NCBI RefSeq assembly: GCF_000281045.1
Contig: NW_008246100.1
Span: 466,432-530,431 of the forward strand
Reading direction: 5' to 3'
DNA length: 64,000 nt
DNA from: Saprolegnia diclina VS20
Lineage: Eukaryota
In this document: positions 40,401-53,779 of the stretch, piece by piece
Numbering within the stretch: position 1 is the first letter of the stretch
Layout of the letters: every line of letters starts with the position of its first letter
Program-made: the position numbers and the translations under genes
The notes under the pieces: generated by a model
Told to the model about the DNA's origin: nothing
Databases searched by the model: none
Seen by the model: only the letters and a program-made list of their open reading frames with translations

Positions 40401-41679
40401 TGCGCGAGAAGCCGTCGCTGCTCGACGCGTCGCTCGCGGCGCTCATCAAGATTCCCCGCTGCCGTGCGTTCTTGGACTTTGACAACAAGCGCACGTACTT
40501 TCAAACGGCGATGAAGCGGCTGCGGCAGTCGGCGATGCGCCACGGCGGCGGCGGCTCGTCGGTGCGCATTCCGGTGCGGCGCGACCGCGTCTTTGAAGAC
40601 TCGTTTTACGCGCTGCGCATGCGGAGCGGCGCCGAGCTGCGTCGGAAGCTGCACATTTCGTTTACGGGCGAAGAGGGCATTGACGCGGGCGGCGTCACGC
40701 GCGAGTGGTACATGATCCTCGCGCGCGAAATCTTCAACCCGAATTACGCGCTCTTTACGTCAGCCGCCGACTCGCCGACGTTCCAGCCCAACCCGCTCTC
40801 GTACGTCAACAAGGACCACCTGATCTACTTTGAGTTTGTCGGCAAGGTCATTGGCAAGGCGATCGCGGACGGCCAGCTGCTCGATGCGCACTTTACGCGG
40901 TCGTTTTACAAGCACATTTTGCAGCTGCCGCTGTCGTACAGCGACATGGAGGCCATTGACCCCGAGTACTACCGGAACCTCCACGCGCTCCTCGACAACC
41001 CGATCGCGGACCTCTGCTTGGACCTGACGTTTTCGCTCGAGCACTCGAACTTTGGGAAGCTCGACGTTGTCGACTTGATCCCGAACGGCCGCCACATCCA
41101 AGTGACCGACGCCAACAAGATGGAGTACGTCAAGCTCGTGACGCACCACCGCATGGCGACCGGCATCCGCGCGCAAATCGACGCGTTCCTCACTGGCCTC
41201 CATCAGCTCGTGTCGCCACAGCTGATCTCGATCTTCAACGAAAACGAACTCGAGCTGCTCATCTCGGGCATGCCCGAGATCGACATTGACGACCTCAAGG
41301 CCAACACGGACTACGCCAACTTCAAGCCGACGGACCCGGTCATCCGGTGGTTTTGGAACGTGCTCTACTCGTTCAGCCACGAAGAGCGCGCGCTCTTTCT
41401 GCAGTTTGTCACGGGCACGTCCAAGGTGCCCCTCGAAGGCTTCAAGGCGCTCGAAGGCATGCGGGGGACCCAAAAGTTTAACATTCACAAGGCGTTCGGC
41501 CCGAGCAACACGCTCCCGACCGCGCACACGTGGTACGTCGCTCTGTGTGATACCTCAATGGCTCATGGCGTCGTAGCTTTAACCAGCTGGATTTACCCGA
41601 GTACGAGAACGAGGAGCAGCTCAAGGCGCGCCTCCTCCTCGCGATCCGCGAAGGCTCGGAAGGCTTTGGCTTTGGCTAA
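31441..41679 (+). CDS. HUWE1: HUWE1/UPL1/Tom1-type HECT E3 ubiquitin ligase
   Basis: About 3400 aa with an N-terminal ARM-like DUF908/913 region, UBA ([17 protein letters not shown]), acidic tract, UBM repeats ([25 protein letters not shown]) and HECT domain ([16 protein letters not shown]...LPTAHTCFNQLDLP...EGFGFG). Introns at ~37622-37672 and 41533-41576; the latter splits the catalytic Cys codon. Confidence 0.95.
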
Positions 41680-41747
41680 GCCATGGCCCACCCAGACGTA
41701 GTAGGGCGTTCAATGCATGGTGTATTTCTTCTTGATCGCGAGCGCTA

Positions 41748-42713
41748 CTACGAGCTCCACTCGACGCCATCGTCCTCGTCGTCCTCCTCATCCTCGTCAT
41801 CTTCGTCGTCGTCGTCCGCATCCTTGGCGTTGTCCTTGGCGACTTGGCGCATGAAATCGTCAAAGCCCCCGGGCGTCGCCAAATGGTCGACGAGGTCGAC
41901 GGGGACCTTGTACTGCGAGTACGCGTCCGGGACGATCGCGGTCTCCGAGTCCACGACCCGAAAGTCAATGGCGTCTTCGTCGTGGCGCCACGTCGCGAGC
42001 TCGTCCCATGTAAAGAGGAGCGGGTCGGTCACGGCGCCAAAGACGTTGATGTCGAGGAGGAAGACGCGGTGCGACTTGTCGACGTACACGTCAAACACAA
42101 AACTCGCGTCGACGACTTCCGCATGGAGCAAGTAGCGGCTGTAGAAGGCGCCGATCGCATTGCAGAGCTCGTCTTGCGTCGTCTCGTCGGTCAAGAACGC
42201 GTAGTAGTCGCCGCAGTTGCGCTGCGTAATGCCGACGAGGCGACGGTCCTTGACAAAACACCGGAAATGCATCGAGTCGTAGCAGTTGGCCCACTTTTTG
42301 AGCACGAGGTGGAACGTCTCGGGCCGACGGCGGTCGTCCGACACGTCGACGCACTCGTCGTAGGCCGCCGTGAGGTCGTGCAAGATGAAGTCGCTCGCTT
42401 TGAGCGCGAGGACCATGTCTTCCAAGCAAACGCACGCGAGCGAGTTGCCAAGGATCCACTTGGCGTCCTTCGGGCAGCTCCAATCGAGCTTGACAAACAC
42501 CTTGCCGCCGAGCGACGCGATCGCGGCCTTGACGTCCGCGACGAACGACGGCGGGTAGTCGACTTCGCGAAACTGAATCTTGTCGGCCAGCAGCATCGCC
42601 ACGACGACCTCCGGCAGCGCAATCGCGATGCTCTTGAGGCTCGCGTCGGCCAAGGCCGGGTACCAGTAGGTAAAGGCGCACTTGTCGACCTGCGCGACCG
42701 TGTACGGGACCAT
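41748..42713 (-). CDS. CDC123: Cell division cycle protein 123 (D123 ATP-grasp, eIF2 assembly factor)
   Basis: CAFTYWYP, LGGKVFVKLDWSCPKDA, LKASDFILHDL, FRCFVKDRRLVGITQR, FVFDVY, LLDINVF...DPLLFTWDEL. Confidence 0.93.
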   Translation of the reverse strand: MVPYTVAQVDKCAFTYWYPALADASLKSIAIALPEVVVAMLLADKIQFREVDYPPSFVADVKAAIASLGGKVFVKLDWSCPKDAKWILGNSLACVCLEDMVLALKASDFILHDLTAAYDECVDVSDDRRRPETFHLVLKKWANCYDSMHFRCFVKDRRLVGITQRNCGDYYAFLTDETTQDELCNAIGAFYSRYLLHAEVVDASFVFDVYVDKSHRVFLLDINVFGAVTDPLLFTWDELATWRHDEDAIDFRVVDSETAIVPDAYSQYKVPVDLVDHLATPGGFDDFMRQVAKDNAKDADDDDEDDEDEEDDEDDGVEWSS

Positions 42714-42839
42714 GCGCGCTCGGTGGTGTTGTTGACCAGCGACTGGCAGCGTATCCGGATGCGTCCGGTTTTATGACACAAACTGCAACATGGAAGGCGA
42801 AATATGATTTCCCACAAATAACACTTGCAGATTTTCAAA

Positions 42840-45800
42840 TTACATGATGGCGCACTTGCCCTTGTCGCTCTCTTCGACGAACCGGTTGATGTCTTCTTCA
42901 GTGATCTTGCCGTCCTTCTTGGGCGGGAAGATCGTGTCGACGCTGAGGTCGTCCATGTCTTTTCGCACGTAAAAGCACAAGTAGGCCGACGACGTGACGA
43001 CTTTGCTCTCTTCGATGAGCCGGACGCGGTCGTCGTCATACGAGTACCAGTTGCCGTCGACGCTGTTCTTGGCGTACGCTGTGTAGTGGCCGCCGCCGAG
43101 CGCGCCTTGATGGTTCACGACGCCGTACATGTCGTAGTGCGTCTCGAGGCAGCGCGACTGCTCGAGGTTCGTGTTGGTGTATCCTCGGCGTATTCTGTTT
43201 TGCGCCACGTCAGCGGCGTCACTGCCGGCGGCCGCGGGATCGGTCGCAGCCGAGGTTGCGTCGCCCGACGGCAGCTTCTCGGGGTACCGTGTCGGGAACT
43301 CTTCAAACGGCGCCACGCACGACGAGAGGTCGAGGCCGTGGACGGGGAACTGGACCAGCGACGCTACAGTACAAATCTAAAGGCTAGTACCAAGAGCGTG
43401 ACGGCCTACCTAGCTTGCGCCGATACGTCTGCGTGTACTGAAATCGCTTCAGTTGAATCACCATAACAGGCGGGAGCCGCCAGATTTCGAGCTTCTTGGT
43501 CATCTCTTGGTGCTGCCGACAGCTCGAGCAGTAGCCCTAGAAGAGCCATCAACCATCACATCTCTTGCACAAGTCGAGTACTTCTTGGATCTTCTCTTCC
43601 GATGTAAACGCATCCAGGCAGTGGCTCAGCGGCACGGGGCCGTTGTCCAGCGCGTTGTTCTTGGCGACGCTCGCATGCATGTCGACGCCCTTCATGAGAT
43701 CCATATCGACATGATCCTAGAGTAATCATCAGCATCTCCTACAACAAAGAACGGCGCTACCTGGAGCACTTGGACGTCCCAGTCGATCGCAATAGTCTCG
43801 TCTTCGAGAAGGTCGACCATTTGGTCGGTGCACGGGATCGTCGACCCAAAGCTGCGCGCAAGCCACGGCGTACGCGTGTCCGTGAGGCCCTTGGCGTCGA
43901 CGCGCCGAAGCACAAACCCGTGCGGGACATCCTTGAGGCAAAACACCGCGTCGATCGAGTCGCACACCACAATCTCGTTGGTCGTCGCGGCCACTTCTGT
44001 CGGCGGCGAGAGCTCCTTCTTGAGGTACCGCTGCACGCGTTGCCACACCATCGTGTATAAATCAATGCCGGTGGTCACCTCGGGGCAGAGGCGCACGAGG
44101 TCGGGCGTCCCAAATGGCACGGGCCGGAACGGGTTCTTGAAGTACACTGGCGAGTACCCGAGCTTGCGCGAGACGACAGGGCAGTAGAGGAGACGCGGCG
44201 GCCGCTGGCGCAGACGCGAGTGCGGCACGTCGGCCTCGATCTCGCCCGACCGGTACTGGACACGCACAAACTCGGGCGTGTCAATGCTGAGAATCGTCGC
44301 GGGGAGGTACTCACCCTTGTGTTGCACTTCGATGAGCGAGCCTTCCGTCACGTACACGGGCCCGTCGGTCGTCGACGACGTCGGCTGCCCCGACGGCATC
44401 TCCGCCAGAATGGACGGCCGGCGGGACCGCGTCATGTCCATCACGCGCGGGGCCAATGGCTCGAGCTGGAACGCGAGCAGCCGGTCGATGCTCCGGATCT
44501 GGGCGAGCTTGCGCGTGTCGGCCTTGAAGCCCAAGATGAGCGAGCCCTGGAACTCGCAAATCTTGATGTCAGCAACCGTCGTCGTCGGCAGATCAAACTC
44601 GGCGACGCAGAGGTCGGCGAGCTGCTTCTTCAGGTCAAAGACCGTCGCGTCGATCGGGAGGCGCAACGAGAGCTTGAGCGGCATGCGGTCGGCTGCAAAC
44701 GCGAGCCGGATCGTCACGTTGTTGTGCGTCGGCTCGGGCAGCGGCAGCTGGAGGAACGTAAACGGTTCAAAGCGCGCCGACTTGTAGCCGCACTGCGAGC
44801 ACGTGAGGAGCGACTTGTACTGGCCCGTGAAGAGCGCGACGATGATCGAGACCTCGCGCTTGAGCGAGTTGCGCCACCACTCGTCTGCGAGGTCCGAGTC
44901 GAACCGGCCGTCGCTGTCCGGGTGCTCAATGTACGGCTTGTCGAGGATTCGGTTGAGGTCTTCGCTGAGGCCCGAGAGAAGGAACGCGATGAGCTCCTGC
45001 GCGTCCTGCTGGTCGCTGCCGCGGAACGCCTCGTTGAACTTGCCGATCGTCTTCTTGAATTCGCGCGGCGAAATCGACTTGTACTTGGCGCTCCACATGT
45101 CTTCGGCGAGCTTGCCGTAGACCTCGGCGAGCTTGCCCTGCATGCCCAGCGTCGATGTGCGGTTGATGTCGAGGATGTACATGCCCGAGAGGAAGTAGTC
45201 GATGAGCAGCGGCGTGTTGCCAATGCACTGCAGCGCCGAGTTCATGTAGCACGTGTTCCCGAGGTTGACGAGGCCCACCGACGCGCCGGCACGCACGCGC
45301 TTGGTGAGGCCGTTGGTCGCGCTCAGCGGCTGCTTGGTCGCGAGCGCGAGCGCGTGCTCGTCGAGCTTGGTTTCGTCCTTCTCGTCTTCCGAGTTCCAGA
45401 GGTTGAGCGTCGTCTGGCCGTTCGAGAGCACGATCACCGTCTTCTTGATCTCGGGGCCGCCGCCGTACCACTGCTTGAGGCCGAGCCAGAGCTGCTCGTG
45501 CACGACGACAAAGTGCTTCCCAATGAGCATCTCGTCGTTCGGCGCAAACACCTTCTCCTTGTTGAGCAGCGTCGCATTCGCAATGTACTTGGGCCGGATC
45601 ACGTTCTTGTCCGAGTCCAGAATCGAGCTCGGCGTCTCGTCCTTGGGCGCCAAGACCGGCGGCGGCGTCTTGGTCGAATGTTTGGCGAGAAGACCAGTCT
45701 TGTTGCTGGCGGGCGATCCAAGCGCGCTACCAGGCTTTGCGGGACTCGGCGCAACGACGGCGGTGCTCTTCGGGGCCGCCGGGTTGCCACGCAGCGCCAC

Positions 45801-48104
45801 GAGTGGCACAAACCCCACGTACTTGCGCCAATGGTCGTACCAGCTTTGCTCGAGGATGTACCAATGGTCGTCTTCGACGAGCTCGGCGGGGTTGTACTCG
45901 CGGTAGCAGAGCTTGGCGACCTCAATCTCCTCTTGCTTGTTCATCGGGATAAGACCGAGCTGCACAAACACCGTCTGCTTGATGCGGTCGAGGGCTGCGA
46001 TGCGAAACTGCACCGCGGTCGCCCACGCGCAAAACTGCTCGAGTGTGAGCTGACCGTTGGCGCCAAACGCCTCGAGAATGTGGTCGACGTACTGCCCCAG
46101 CTGCGCGCTCGAGAGCACATCACGCCGAGCGCTCTCGGTCGCTTCTGTCTGCATGTAATGCTCGATCGTGCTCGCCATGGGCGTGTGCTGGAGGACTTCG
46201 AGCTGCAGCATCGCAAACAGGTCTTCGTGGTTGAGCGTCGACTCGGATGCAAACACGGCAAAGCCAAAGTGCATCTTGGCGTCCGTCGACCCGCGGCACG
46301 CGATCGAGAGCGTATGAACAAACGAAAAGACGTCGACGTCGACGCCGTTGGCGCGCGGCCCAAACGACGCAAAGAGCGTGAGAAGGCGCGCGTCCGACAT
46401 GTCGAGCGGGAAGTCACTCGTCAGCGCTTCGACATCGATGGCCTCGTCCGGCGACGACGACCGGTACGCGTGGAATGCCTCTTGGAGCAGCCCGATTTCC
46501 TTGATGCTGAAGAGCGTTTCGGCCTCGAGGATCTTTTGCTGTACGACGGGGTTGTACTCTTCTTGGAGCTCGAGCAACTTGGGGTCGGCCGACTCGCAGA
46601 GCACGTCCATGAAGCGCGGCATCCAGTCGATCAGCAGCCCGACAAGCGGCTGCTTTTGGATCTCGGCGACAAACTCGAGCAGCCCGAGACGCACGCGGCC
46701 ATAGTCAAACACTTCGTTCAGAAGGCGCTTGTACTCGGGCTTGTCGGCGAGCGTCCGGCCGTAAATGCAGATCAAGAGGTTGCCAAGCCCTGTGCTCTGG
46801 AGCTTCCCCATGTGGTCGTGGTCGCACATTTGGTATGCAAACGCGAGTTGGTCCTCGACCGACCCGTGGCGAAGGATCGCGATCGCGCGCACGAACTCGT
46901 CCATGCAGATGTCGCTGTGCTGCTTGTCCGAGATGCCCTTGAGGAGCCGCATCGCAAACGTCGACGGCATGTCGGGGAAGACGCTGAGCACGTCGCGCCG
47001 GAACGCCGTCTTGTTGATCGACACGTTCTCCTTTGGGTCGAGCAGCTGCAGCATCGAGCCTTGCGTCGAGAGTGGGCCTGTCACTTGGAGCGACGGCGCC
47101 GACGTGGGCGCGGGCGACGCGGGCTCGGACGGCTTGTTGTCGTTGCTCTCATCCGACGATGATGCAAAGTGCTTGCTCGAGCAGAGACGGGTAAAGGCTG
47201 CTTGGATGTCGTCGAGCTCGTCGGACGGGAGGAGGTTCTTCATGCGCCGGAGGTCGATCTCCTTTTGCTGCCGGCGCTTCTTCCGGTCATAGCTCTCGAG
47301 GTGCGCGTAGACCGAGAGGAAGTTGAAGATGGGCACCTTCATGAGCGGCGTCACGCCAAGGATGTCCTTGAGGTACTTCTCCAAGTCGCTTCGGCGCTGC
47401 TCGATCACGGCCGAGCTCTTGCTGCGGAAGATTTGTCGCTTGGGGAACGTGAGGTTGCGCACGGCCGGATTCGCCTTCTTCATGCGCTCGTGAAACTCGC
47501 GAAAGTCCGAGTACCGCTTCTCGATGATCCAGCGCAGGCCGCTCCCCAGACGCACCTCGAGCGAGAAGACCGTGTGCGAGTGCTTGTCTTCCTCGACCTC
47601 CTTGATCGCATCCGGCGGCAGCACCACGGACGAAATCTCGACTTGGTTCTGAAGCGTCGAGCTCGAGTACGACGCGGACGTTGGTGTCGTCGCCGACGTC
47701 GACGATTGCAGTGCCGGTGACAACGTCGGCGACGTCTGCGGCCCATCGAATGTGGTCTTAGATCGGTTGAGCGGCGGCGGCGTGAGTCCAGACGACGTGG
47801 GTGCTTCCTTGGCGCTGCTAGTGCGCTTCATAGAGCCCGCGCTCGGAAGCGGCGCGGGCAGCGTCGTCTCGTAGTCGGCGGCGTGGGCCGCGGACGCGGT
47901 GCTGTCGGGCGACGAACTCGCCGATGTGGGCAGCGACATGGCCGACGTCGAGGTCGTCGACGACGGGCCGTTCGGTCCGGCGAGCGTCGTCGTGATGCGC
48001 AGCTGGAGCACGTCCTCGGTCGCCGCTACTACATCGGGGGACGTCGACGTCGTTGTGTCGTCGTCCGAAGGGCGCTTGTCATCCTCCTTGTCGATGGCAC
48101 TCAT
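42840..48104 (-). CDS. Ubiquitin-specific protease (USP32/USP15-like) with PX, EF-hand, DUSP and USP domains
   Basis: PX ([15 protein letters not shown]...FPKR...RRSDLEKYL), recoverin-like EF hands, DUSP ([12 protein letters not shown]...LKQWYGGGP), Cys box [23 protein letters not shown], His box [16 protein letters not shown]-terminal KCAIM CaaX motif. Confidence 0.92.
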
Positions 48105-49559
48105 GCAGGAGTCGTCGTCGGAGGAGGAGGAAGAGGTATACGAAGGGGACACGGTCTCCTTTGTCTGCTACATCGCATGCAGCATGATGAGCATCGCGCC
48201 ACGCTGGCGTCATGGCACCCTACCTTCTTCTCTTGGAATCAGCCACAATCAAAGAGTAGAATGCTGCCTCAAAATGGCTGCTATCCGGATAACGACTTTC
48301 GTTACTCGCTGTCACACGACCGGACGCCTTCGCCGCCACGACAGGCCCGTGCCATGCCACGCACCACAGCCGCCTCGGGGATGCAGACGATGCTCTAGGT
48401 CCATGGGACGCTTGGCGCGAGGTGGCTCTGAGGTGCGAGAGGCGCTGCGGGCGAACCTGACGCGTCTGTGCCACCTTTGCTGGCGCCGGCTTTCGAACCG
48501 ACGTGGCACTCGCCGACCAGGACACGCTAGAAACAGGTGCTTTTCGCAAAGGCCCGCGGCGACCGTCATATGGTGGCGGCCTCCTTGCCGTCGCTAGCGG
48601 CCGCGGCCATGCACCGCAACAGTGCGTCGACAGCGTGTGCTGCTCGGCTCGGGACCCGTCGACGCCGTGGGCCTCGTACAAGTCAAAGAGTTGGGTGGTG
48701 TGCGTGCTCGACGGCGCCACAGGGGCGACGCAAGCGGGTTCTGGTGCAGCCTGGATGACGCTAGACGAGCTTGTGGCAGCCTTCGCAAACTGGGACTGCA
48801 TCAGTGGGTCGTGTCTTGCCCGCGTGTGGGCCTTGGCAACAGTGCATAATCTTGACCTCGAGATAGCACCTGCCTCTTGCGCGCCCCAATGGCATACCGC
48901 ATGTGGTCGTCACTTCAACTGCTCAACCAGCGTCTTGGGTCTCGTCTAGCGGCGTCAAAGCCATCTTCCCGCGTCATTCGTCGAACACGAGGAGAGCACG
49001 CGGGAAGGACCGGTTGCATCCTTCTTGGGTGTGGGTCCTCCTGTGCAACTGCAAGGAAACGTGACTTTGCGACTCGCTCTAGGAGGTTGCTCAAGGTTTC
49101 CTGTGGTGAAGACGGTACTAGAGGCCGTCTCGTTCTCTGCGAAGGCTCCTTGGAGGCGGCCGGGACACATTGCGGTACGTACAGATCTCACTTGCGACAC
49201 CGAGCCCCTCATTGTCGGTATGCCTCCTGAGAGCTCGCTGCCAGATCCTGAGAATGAGTTACCCGTGGAAGCTGATATAATTTCACCTGTTTCTATATCT
49301 CAAATACACTGTATCCATTTATACACTGCATGCTGCAATACAGCAAAATGCGTGACGTGGCACGCTTAGGCGATCGACCTCGATGGCGTCCTTCGTCTCT
49401 GAGACGCGGCGCCTAGCCGCGCGAGGACTGAGCGTCGCCAACGGCGCCAACTGCCGGTGCGCCGTTGGAACGGCCAGCTTGGATCTTCTTCGCCGACCTA
49501 CACCTGCCAGGCGAGATGGCTATGGCCGTTCAGAAAGATACCGTCTTGCTCACTTGGCG

Positions 49560-50138
49560 ATGAGCGGGCCGCACCGACTGTCGCTGGCCGACGCGCTCGA
49601 GGAGCCCGCGCCCCGCCTCTTTGCAGTCGCCGTTAACGTGCTCAGCGGGACCCCGACGCGGTACGTTTTCCTCGTCGCGTTTCACGGCCACGCACCGTGG
49701 CGGCTCGTCGCGCGCTACTCGGCGGTCCGCGCCTTCCGGAACCGCCTGCGCAGCCTCACGCACAAGGCGCCGTGCCCGAGCCCGCAAGACCCGCTATTGT
49801 CGCTGCTCGAATTTGAGTTTCCGTCCCGGCGCCCGTTTGCGCTGGCGTCGCCGCAGGTGCTGCGTGAGCGCCGCGACCTTCTCGAGACATTTGCGACCAA
49901 GCTACTGAACCTCCACGCGCGCTGCCTCCAGAACGGCCGCGGGTCGTGCCCGATTGCAGACGAGATCCGCACCTTCTTCGGGATGGACCACGCCACGGAC
50001 GGGCAGCTACAAGCGCACCGGTACCGCCAAAACAGCCGCTTGTCACCACGGGGCCACTCGCCTCGGCACGCGTCGCCCATGTTCCACTGCGTGTCGCCGA
50101 GTCCCAAGGTCATTGTGCTTGGGCACGAAGTGACCTAA
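49560..50138 (+). CDS. Small PX-like domain protein
   Basis: TRYVFLV...WRLVARYSAVRAFRNRL...FEFPSRR...VLRERRDLLETF follows the PX pattern. Confidence 0.7.
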   Translation: MSGPHRLSLADALEEPAPRLFAVAVNVLSGTPTRYVFLVAFHGHAPWRLVARYSAVRAFRNRLRSLTHKAPCPSPQDPLLSLLEFEFPSRRPFALASPQVLRERRDLLETFATKLLNLHARCLQNGRGSCPIADEIRTFFGMDHATDGQLQAHRYRQNSRLSPRGHSPRHASPMFHCVSPSPKVIVLGHEVT

Positions 50139-50217
50139 TATGCAAAAGACGCTGTGTTGCGAATGTATAGCATGCAGGCAGAGTGTGTATTGTAGTCTTC
50201 TTGTGCGAGCAAGCCAA

Positions 50218-51605
50218 CTAGGACATGCGCAGCTGGTAGTCGCCGTTCTGCGTGATGTAGCGCACCCACGGCAGCGCCTGGTAGCCCGACTTTTCAATGA
50301 TCTTGAGGTACCGGACCTGGATGCCCGAGACCGTAAAGTACGGGATCTCAAACTTGACCTGGATCGGCGCCTTCCACTCGTCGCTCGTCGCCTGGCAATG
50401 TGGGACATGAGAAAATAAGACTTAGTTCGGGCGTACCGTGTTGGAGTTGGTGATCGAGGGCAAGCCAAAATGCGCCCGCATGGCATACTCGCGCGACCCG
50501 TTGAACTGCTTGATGGTCCAGACGATCGCGTCACGGTCGGGCACGTACGTGACGCTGCCGATCGAGCACTTGAACGACGGACTGTCGACATCCGGCGGGA
50601 CCGGGATCACAATCTCAACGTTGTTGGCGATACTCCGGCTCTTGAATTGGCTCTTGGTCTTGATCATGTACTCGATGCGGCTGCGCGAGTGGGGCTCAAC
50701 GACCGCCTCGACCCAGATGAGCGGCTTGACGTGCGTGTTGAGGCGGTACGTCATCAAGTCAAACTCGCCGTCCGGCGGAATGAACGAGATCGTGCGGTCG
50801 GTCTCAAAGCGCGCGAGGCGGACGCACTGGTGGAACTTGATGTCCTCCATCTCGACGGCCTTGCCTTTCGACGACGTTGTTGAGCGCCCCGTCGCTTCAA
50901 AGAGCATCTTGTCGTTGAGCCCGAGCTTGAGCTCGGGCATGCCACTCAGAAACGACTTCATCTTGACCGCGCCGAGGATCTCCGAGTGCAGCACCGTGCC
51001 GTTCGATGCCACGAGGAGGTTGAGCTTCTCAACGACGTCGAGAAAGATTTCGTTCTTGCGGTGCTTGATGCCCTCGGAGCGCCACGAGACGGCGTTCGTG
51101 AGCGCGGTCGGTGGGCGCGGCGCCGCTTCCATGCGATGGCCTTCCTGCGTAATGTACTCGCGCAGAATGCGCGCCTCGGTCGTCTGCGGGTACCCGTGGT
51201 CGATCGTCTCGTCGAGGAGCTCAAAGATAATGACAAAGTTGTCGCGAATGCTCTCCTCTTCGAGCTCGCCAAAGTAGTCCTGGAACACTTGGCAGATGCG
51301 GTTGAGGTACATGAGCATGAGCGCGACGTTCGAGTTGACCTTGGTGACCGTCATGAGGTACAGGTTGTTGAACTAATCCATGCGCCATGACGAGCCATCG
51401 AGGCGGCTAGCAAATGTACCTTGATGTAGACAAACGTGACGCCCGACTCGTCGTGCGTAAAGACCGGCCGCTGCTCGGCGTCGTCCTTCTCGGTGACGTA
51501 CTGCGTGAACTTCTCCGCGATGGACATCGGGATGTCTCCGCGGTAGTTGCGGCTGATGATGATCTTGCCCTTGAGGTCCGTCACGAAGACCGCGCTGAGC
51601 ACCAT
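50218..51605 (-). CDS. AP1M1: AP-1 complex subunit mu
   Basis: MVLSAVFVTDLKGKIIISRNYRGD, LEEESIRDNFVIIFELLDE, VSWRSEGIKHRKNEIFLDVVE, DIKFHQCVRL, ISFIPPDGEF, ALPWVRYITQNGDYQLRMS. Two introns. Confidence 0.96.
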
Positions 51606-51771
51606 GATGGTCGTCCGTCCACCGCCGATACGAATCCCAACAACGCACCCACTTCGTCAGCCTGCCACCTCTAGCAATTAATTTCCAATATAAACTTATA
51701 GAGGTTTGCACGCCGCACACGTGGCGCGCGTCATGCACGTCACTTGCCCGAGTATGTCAAAGTGGCTCGTA

Positions 51772-53779
51772 CTATGAGTACTTAGAGGACGTGGCGGCGG
51801 TGGCCCACGCGGCTCGTTTGCGGTAGACCTTTTCCTGTCCACGGATGAGTGGCTACCGAGGTGGTGAGGAGCACCTTGATGTCGGTGACGGTGCGCGATA
51901 CGAAGAAGCCCTGCGCTTGGCCTTCGCTGAAAATGGCGCCGAATCGGTTGCCGTACTTGGCATACGTGGTGCGCAGAAAGGCAAGTTCCGCCGGCGTAAA
52001 CATCGCGCTGCGGACCGCCTTCTGGGCAAAGCCGCGCTCGACGAGCCTTGCATACTGGTTCTGTCCATCGACGCCATGACATGAGGCTTTTGGTTGACAG
52101 CACGCGCACCTTGGCGCCGTACGGGGTCCGTGACGGCAGCAGCGTCTTCTCGGCGATGCCTCGTGAGACGACAGCGCCCCACGCCGAGCCGAGCTCGATC
52201 ACGAGCGCAACGAGATGGTGACACTCGGCCGCACTCCATTTGTTGTTTCTACCATACCGTCTGTGAGCAGCATACATCTAGTATGCTGGAAGAGGGAGGA
52301 CCTCGCTTCTTGTACATGCGTGATGACAACGTCGTCATCTTCATCCTCTTCGTCATCGTCTTCGTCCATCGTCGCTGCATCATGGTTGTCTTCGTTTGGC
52401 TCCATGACTTGGATGCTGTCGTCCGGAGCAGTTGATGGTAGTGAACTAGCGAGAAGCTCCAGCTTGGGCACAATGGTGTCCAACGGCTTGGGTGTCTTCT
52501 TGCTCTCGTCGTCAGTCTTGACGCGTGCCGGCGTCGGCATGAGCTGGCCATCCGGGTCCGCGTACCCAGATCGGACACTGCCGCTGCGCACGTCGTCGAC
52601 GAGCTGGAGGCAGACGCTGTCGCTGTGCTTGGTGCTGTGGCAGTAGGTGCAGAAGCGTCGCTTGCTCTCGACGAGGTCGTCCGACAGCAGCGGGATCGGC
52701 ACACCGCGTGGACGCGTATACCCCTCGCGCACGATCTTGTCGCGGTACGCTATCGCGAGGTGGAAGCAGGAAGCGTCCGAGTGCTTCTTGGAGTGGCAGT
52801 ACGCACAGTACAGCTTCAACTTGCTCTTCTTCTTCCGCTCCTTGGCGCGTCGGTGGGTCGGTGACGACGCTGCATCATGCGACATGGGCTCATCCTCCGT
52901 GTTGTGGAGTGTGACGGCGGTGGTCGCATCTTGGCCATCGGCGTCGTCGGTCGAGTACGAGGCGCCGCCGCCGTCCAGAAGCATTTCCTGGTCTTCTTCG
53001 AGGTGCGTCTCGGTACGGCGCGCCCACTGTGTTTGTAAATCCTCCTGGAAAGCCTCGTAGCTCCACTGCGCTTCGTTGCGGTAGGAATCGTCCAGCATCC
53101 CGGGGGGCATCGCATGCGCCAACAGCATGCATCGAAGCTTCTCGCCGACGCTGTGGCTGTACACAATGGCGTTTGTATCGCCTTGGGCAGCTGCGACGCC
53201 CATGGCGACGATGCTGTCGACGTACGTATTCGCGGGACCGTCCAAGCGGCGGGCGAAGGTGGCCCAGTCCTCGTCGCTGTGGATCGTGATGCTCATGGCG
53301 TCGAGGAGCGCCGGAATATGCGGCAAAGGTGTGCTAGGCGTCGCGAGTAGGCGCTTCCACTTGGCGTACGGACCGCACTCGGCCGCGAGCGTCGCGTGCC
53401 AGCACGGGTCGACGGCGGAGAGCAGGTAGCGCTCAGCAGCCCGCCGGTCGCGCGCACCGATCGCGAGTGCCTCCTTGGCCAATGCCGCTGCGACGCGGTC
53501 CTGGACGCGGGTTTGTCGCGCTTGAGTTGCGCGCCTGTGCTCGGACGGCGAGAGACCATTGTATGGCACCTCGGGCTCCATGGCCTCGGCCTTGCTCACA
53601 ATGAGGTGACGCTTGGCTGTCGACACACGCAGCGCTGCGCTTGCCGCGTCGGCGTACTCGTCGACGGTGAAGTACTTGTCGAGGCCAACCGCTGCTGCTT
53701 CGTCCAGGAACTGCGTCGTCCAGGCGGCGATACCGGTCGCGTCCTGCAGCCGCGGCCCCGCGTACCGGTGTGCCATCAT
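51772..53779 (-). CDS. Array gene A: copia-Gag-like domain + 2 CCHC zinc knuckles + 2 Myb/SANT domains
   Basis: YAGPRLQ...WTTQFLDEAAAVGLDKYFT and AERYLLSAVD...PYAKWKRL. Knuckles at 52766-52807 and 52610-52651. Myb KWSAAECHHLVALVIELGSAW...SRTPYGAK and FTPAELAFL...KYGNRF...RTVTDIK. Three predicted introns. Confidence 0.75.

Noticed and set aside
41524..41580. Apparent loss of the HECT catalytic Cys (AHTW in the ORF track)
   Set aside because: Intron 41533-41576 splits the codon; splicing restores AHTCFNQLDLP.
48220..49369. ORFs between the USP and PX genes
   Set aside because: No motifs and atypical codon usage; more likely UTR/promoter. A probable 5' UTR intron of the USP lies at ~48167-48223.
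52950..52990. MLLDGGGASY in gene A as a copia protease (WxxDSGAS) motif
   Set aside because: It lies upstream of the knuckles (wrong order) in a low-complexity linker and is absent from the paralogues.
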